The notes under the pieces were generated by a model. That model saw only the letters and a list, made by a program, of their open reading frames with translations. It was not told where the DNA came from and did not search any database. Both the position numbers and the translations under genes were made by a program. Of a stretch of 64,000 bases of DNA, positions 59,161 to 64,000 are shown piece after piece. Every line of letters begins with the position of its first letter. Position 1 is the stretch's first letter. This DNA is from Tubulanus polymorphus (lineage: Eukaryota > Animalia > Nemertea), in the NCBI RefSeq assembly GCF_964204645.1, contig NC_134036.1:4122600-4186599 (forward strand). Direction: 5' to 3'.

Positions 59161-62100
59161 TTTTTTGCTGAATCTGTTGTGAGATTTCTCTCGTTACTTA
59201 TCACACGGATATCTCTACTCACCACAAATACAACGTTTGTTTGTTATTTGTTTCGCGTGTCTGGAAGAATTTACGTTTGGAAATCCTTCGTATCGTTTAT
59301 GAAGGTTTTAGTTCGTTATTTGTTTACGCGCGGCGCCACGTAAAATTTGTCTTCGAAATATACAGGTATTCGACTAATATTTGATTATTTCTAAAGTTCC
59401 TTTTAGATTTCATTCGGTCGTTCAACGCACTTCGATAATTGCTCAATGTTTGCGCAGGTTAGTTATAATGAGTATATGCTAGGCATTTAGCGAAGACGTT
59501 TTCGATTTAGAATCCGAAATCCTATTTTCAAAACCTTCTTATATATAGACATAAAACGGCCCCGCAAAAAAAAAATACAGGAAGAAAATTTGAAATTTGT
59601 TGAAAGTCGAATAAATTCAAACGAATTCGTTAAGGTATTATACTGAATTAATGTTTTCGGATTTTAAATCGATGAATATTGGGCGTAAAAAATTTTGTTC
59701 TGGTGATTTTTTTTGTTCTCGAAACAGGGATGGTTCCTATTATCTATTTGATTGGAAGATTTCGATTTATTTGTTTTGCCCTGATGGTTTTTTTGCGTCA
59801 GTCTGAACCCGAAGTGGCTGTGTCATGCGAATAAGACCGAATACAGATTTTATATTATTCGATTGAAAAAACCAGCTTTATCAACTGATTGTTTTCGACT
59901 GAAATTGTTTGCTTCTAATTGGGCATCTAAATCGTGGATCCGGTCTCCCGTATCTAGTTAAAATTCACGGCATTGCTGAATAAGATTTCAGGTTAGATGG
60001 CGTGACTCCGAAGTCCTTACCTTTAGAATTGGTTTGAGTATAGTTTGTTTTCTGAGCTGCTAGATTTACTGTTTATTTTAGCTGTTTGCTGATCTTTTTG
60101 GAGTTATTCGTCGCATTTCTTTCGCTCGTTTGTAAATTTCAAGATTTCATCGGCGTAAACAATACCATTTTCTTCGTAAAAATACAGCGCGATCGTCAGA
60201 AAATAATCCACGATTTTGTCGGTAGATAATCAACTATACTTTCTCTGTTATTCGTAAATCGTATCATCCAGTGTATAAACCGTCGAATTCGAATTTTAAA
60301 ATCTGCGTAAATCCGTTAATACTAAAAGTTAATCGGCGAACAAGCGAATCGCGGCGGGGACAGAAGCGAGTGTCCGCGATAAACCGTAACGTTAGAGAAT
60401 CAACTTTTCAGCACTTCGATATACAAATCTATTCCGAGTTTAAGAGACCCATCAAACTTCTTTTCCGACCTCGAAATCTATAAAGTGGTTTTTGGTGAAA
60501 CCGGTGCGCGTTCTAATTTCGCTGGGCCGTGACGACGTCGTCGTTCTTGAAAAAAAAACTTCTTCGAAAATTAGTTCGGCACAGTACGTTATTCCCTGTT
60601 GCCAAAACACACCGGCTTAAGTATAGTATTTAAAAAAAAACGTTAAGTATGTAAGTTTTTTGAAGCTTCGTCTGTTGTTGTCCGACCAGCCATCATCGTT
60701 TCGACTATAACTCGAATAGTAGGTTGATAATCGTGTTGATAATATAACCACCTTGTAGACCTCGAAAGCGAGTCTTAGATATTTCAATAAAACCGCAATA
60801 TAAACGCTGACACAGTCTTCGCGTGGATCTCATTCAGTCGAAGGGTTTTGTTTACAATCCTGGGTGATCTGATTTGATTGCCGGCATTGTCTGTCGGGCT
60901 TTCTATATGAAACGGGTTTCGAACCTCGCTGGTTATCGAAAAGAACTGCAGGTGTGGCCGGTGTTTTTTTTCGCTTTCTGGTCCGATCCTCGCGCCTCAT
61001 CTTAGCTCGCATTATCTCTCCTCAGAATACCCTTCCTCGTTAACCAAAGCCGACGACTGTGCAATTTCTATGACATCGCGAACCTCGAGAAATGCATGAA
61101 AACAAAGTAATCTCTTCAATTATGTTCAGCCAAATGATTAGCAAACAAGAACAGTATATTATGCAATCATCTTGAAAGATTAACCCTATCATTCGCTTGC
61201 GCCGGATCAGGCTGGATGAGAGAAATGTTTTTCCCGAACCGGAGCCGACATTTCCAATTATGTACTTCGACTTAAAACAGAAGATTATGTAAATTTTGTA
61301 CTCGATTCAAAAATCTAAGCCCCCTTTCGTTCGTGGTCGGCACGGGTCCCGGTTTTCTTAGGCTGCCAAAATATTATCAATCTTTGCCTTTTTACTTGTT
61401 TTGGTTTCACAGACTGAAGTCGCCCTTTTGTGGAAATATCTAATGAACCGACCTCGAAAATCGTTGCTTTAACCGCGGTCCTGGAAGAAATATCTATACT
61501 CTCTCTCACACTCCAGTTGGGGTTGATATCTATAGCTATAGCACGCGGGGACCAGTCCGTTTACACGGTAAACAACTTAAGAAACCAGTCTACATAGTCT
61601 AAATATACATTCATGAAAAGACCTAGACGTCGAGAGCCATATGTTTATGTCTCATTCGCGACTACGTGAGATATGCGGTCTAAATTCATGCTATATAATA
61701 CATCAATTAGAAAAAATGACATCCATTCATTATACAGTGTTAACGCCTTTCTTGGTCGAAGCAAAGTGCGCGAAAAGAATTTTTAGTTTTATATATTCGC
61801 GTGGGAAAGTTTTTTTAATTCATACATAAACACGCCACTAAAGAATGTCGGTGGATGAATGAATTGCAGCTTTTGAGGTTCTACGGCGAACACTTTTTAG
61901 GGGTTGGTTAAAACTGCCTTTTCGGAAAACTGGATCGGACGTAAAAATTGATACAGCCACGCCATAGAAAGAACAAAGATAACAGGAATAAGTGATTAAA
62001 AATCGAAACTTTAGTCGAATATAATTTTGGTTAAGCCATTTTACGTGTATATATATTCGGAGTTAAATAAACGTTTTTCCTTTAATATTAGGGGTATTCA

Positions 62101-62520
62101 AAAATCATGCTGACGCATTTAATTTAAGTCGTATGATGTTACGCTTCAAAACAGTTTAAAGCATGCACCACGCCTGCCAACGGTTGTAGCACATCTCTTA
62201 TGCGTAGATATTTCTTTCGAAAAAGTGTTCGTATAGCAGGCGCCATCTATCGAGCTATGGCGACGCTATACGACCAGATACACGACTGTAGTACATGTTG
62301 AAACGAATGAAAACTAACTGAAGGTTCAATTTATACAAATTGTCGAATGAAAACTCGCGCAAAAAACGACGTCGAATTCTATAGTTTTGACGCGTTTTAA
62401 GGGTCACCATTACGCAACACATCAAATAAACTCCCATTTTAAAACCTTCTTTAGATTGGTCGCCGTTTACCTATACTAGAATAGCAATCGTTTGACGTGA
62501 GCGCGCGGGTTCGAGTTCAT

Positions 62521-63057
62521 TCAGTTATCCTTCATGAGTAGTTCGTCCTTCAACAATTTCACCAGCGGATGCTGCCGCTTTTCGCCGAGGAAAAACGGGC
62601 GCCGTCCCAAATTCGCGGCGAACGTTTTCGAAGCGTCGGCCCGAAAACGCAGGAACCTGTGCACGAATATCGGGTTCGGGTCCTCGCCGGGGAAGACGAG
62701 TTTCTTACCGCCGGCCCACATGCGTTCGATCTCATCGACGACTCCGCCGGGCAGCGGTAGGTAGAACTGCACGATCGTCGGGTCGACGATCCATTCCGAC
62801 GAGCCGGCGGTTGTGACCTGTACGATGCTGTGGTCGACGCGCTCGTCCCTGTCGTCGGGATCGACCAGGCGCCAGTAGATCCGATGGCAGTCGTCGAAGC
62901 CGTTCTCGTGTAGATGATGCGTCAGATTTAGCGACACGGTTCCGCAGTGGATGTCGAAGCGATGACCGTCGGATTCGTGGCCCTGCGCGCACTGCCGGCG
63001 GAAGAAATCTTCGACGACCGAGATTAGGCGGTCGGGCACGGCTGGAGAGTCGGTCAT
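62521..63057 (-). CDS. Intronless 178-aa papain/transglutaminase-like Cys-His-Asp protein, resembling SseI/PMT-type glutamine deamidase domains
   Basis: GC-rich ORF in AT-rich flanks, with C/G-ending codons like the HDC exons, a CAAC-ATG start context and an upstream in-frame TAA. Motifs: C38 (HCGTVS), ENGFD, H76 (DHSIVQV), D92 (WIVDPTIVQF). Confidence 0.7.
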   Translation of the reverse strand: MTDSPAVPDRLISVVEDFFRRQCAQGHESDGHRFDIHCGTVSLNLTHHLHENGFDDCHRIYWRLVDPDDRDERVDHSIVQVTTAGSSEWIVDPTIVQFYLPLPGGVVDEIERMWAGGKKLVFPGEDPNPIFVHRFLRFRADASKTFAANLGRRPFFLGEKRQHPLVKLLKDELLMKDN

Positions 63058-64000
63058 GTTGATATCTGTTTATGCGCGGGTATGGTCTGGGATGAGTTGA
63101 ATATCCGACTTCTAAATCTCGATAACCGAATGGCCGGTACGGGTTTATAGGCCTAATTAACTTCAGTATAAACACTTCCAGTGCACTAACTACAAGTAAC
63201 TCGATATTCCGCCTATTCAATTCTCCACCATCACTACGCGAAAAAAAACGTTTCAAAACACGAGTGAACTAACACAATAACTGCTTTCCAGTCTCGAAAC
63301 ACCAGGTACCGGAATTCAATCCTGCACCGTGGATCGCTGCCAAAAAAGGTTGGCCACAGCTACGAGTTCCTGCAGTATCAGCGCTGCCTTGCTCTTATAA
63401 ATACATCTATTCACTGAATGTGCAGTATGGTTGCTACTGACGCACAGTGGTCAATCCCACGATCTTTGGACTTTTTCGAACACGAATCCTGTTCAGCACT
63501 TGTCGGTCTCCGAGTCGCAGTTCGTATTCCAAGCTCAGAGTTATGTTTACCGTGCAACCGCGACCTTTTCGCTATAGCGTTCAGTGCTACGCGCAAGCAG
63601 GGCCTACATACACGCTTACAGCCTTCACCAGTGCGTACTGCAAAATTTAAATAAAAAATCCCTCGTGAGATAGATACATACAAAAAACTATACGTGTTGA
63701 TGTTTGAAAAATAGGCACCTGAACTCGGTGATTGTGCGACTCAAGAAAAAACTATGAATACATATGCAATAGAAAAACGAATATGAAAGGAACAGCTTTT
63801 ACCGCGGTGAGGCCTATACAAAAAGGTCACGGTAGAATAAATGATCTCCCGTGCTCTTTATTAAGTTTTCAAATATTTTCCAGTTAGTACACGTGCTTTT
63901 ATTTCAAATAGGGAATTTCGAAAAAGTTATTTTTTTTCGTTATGCGCTATGGTATTTTTTCAATATCGGATATACATTGTGCTGGAAGCTTTCTCCGAAA

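Noticed and set aside
60830-61509. Short minus-strand ORFs as a gene or gag remnant
   Set aside because: No recognisable motifs and no consistent splice structure.
62732-63256. 174-aa alternative-frame ORF overlapping the Cys-His-Asp ORF
   Set aside because: Arg-rich shadow frame of GC-rich codons, non-ATG start, no motifs.

Overview
Animal (invertebrate, probably lophotrochozoan-like; inferred) genomic DNA with short spliceosomal introns. In order: (1) the 3' ten exons of a histidine decarboxylase gene (+, to 5146), including a 20-nt micro-exon and a GC-AG intron; (2) a ~41-kb head-to-tail array of five intact three-exon genes, each encoding a ~1,925-aa GRL101-type LGR receptor (CUB-like domains, C-type lectin domains, ~7 LDLa, LRRs, 7TM). 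The array shows a near-perfect 8,390-bp unequal-crossover duplication, patchwork sequence exchange, hypervariable N-terminal patches, and an upstream 36-bp minisatellite built on nuclear-receptor half-sites; (3) a convergent ~2,590-aa single-pass Ser/Gly/Thr mucin-like gene (-) with nested repeats and no obvious signal peptide; (4) an AT-rich intergenic region and a GC-rich intronless 178-aa ORF (-) with a Cys-His-Asp triad arranged like the SseI/PMT-type G-alpha deamidase domains of bacterial toxins, the most unexpected item in the window. Gene models were read by eye from splice sites and reading frames; no database searches were run.
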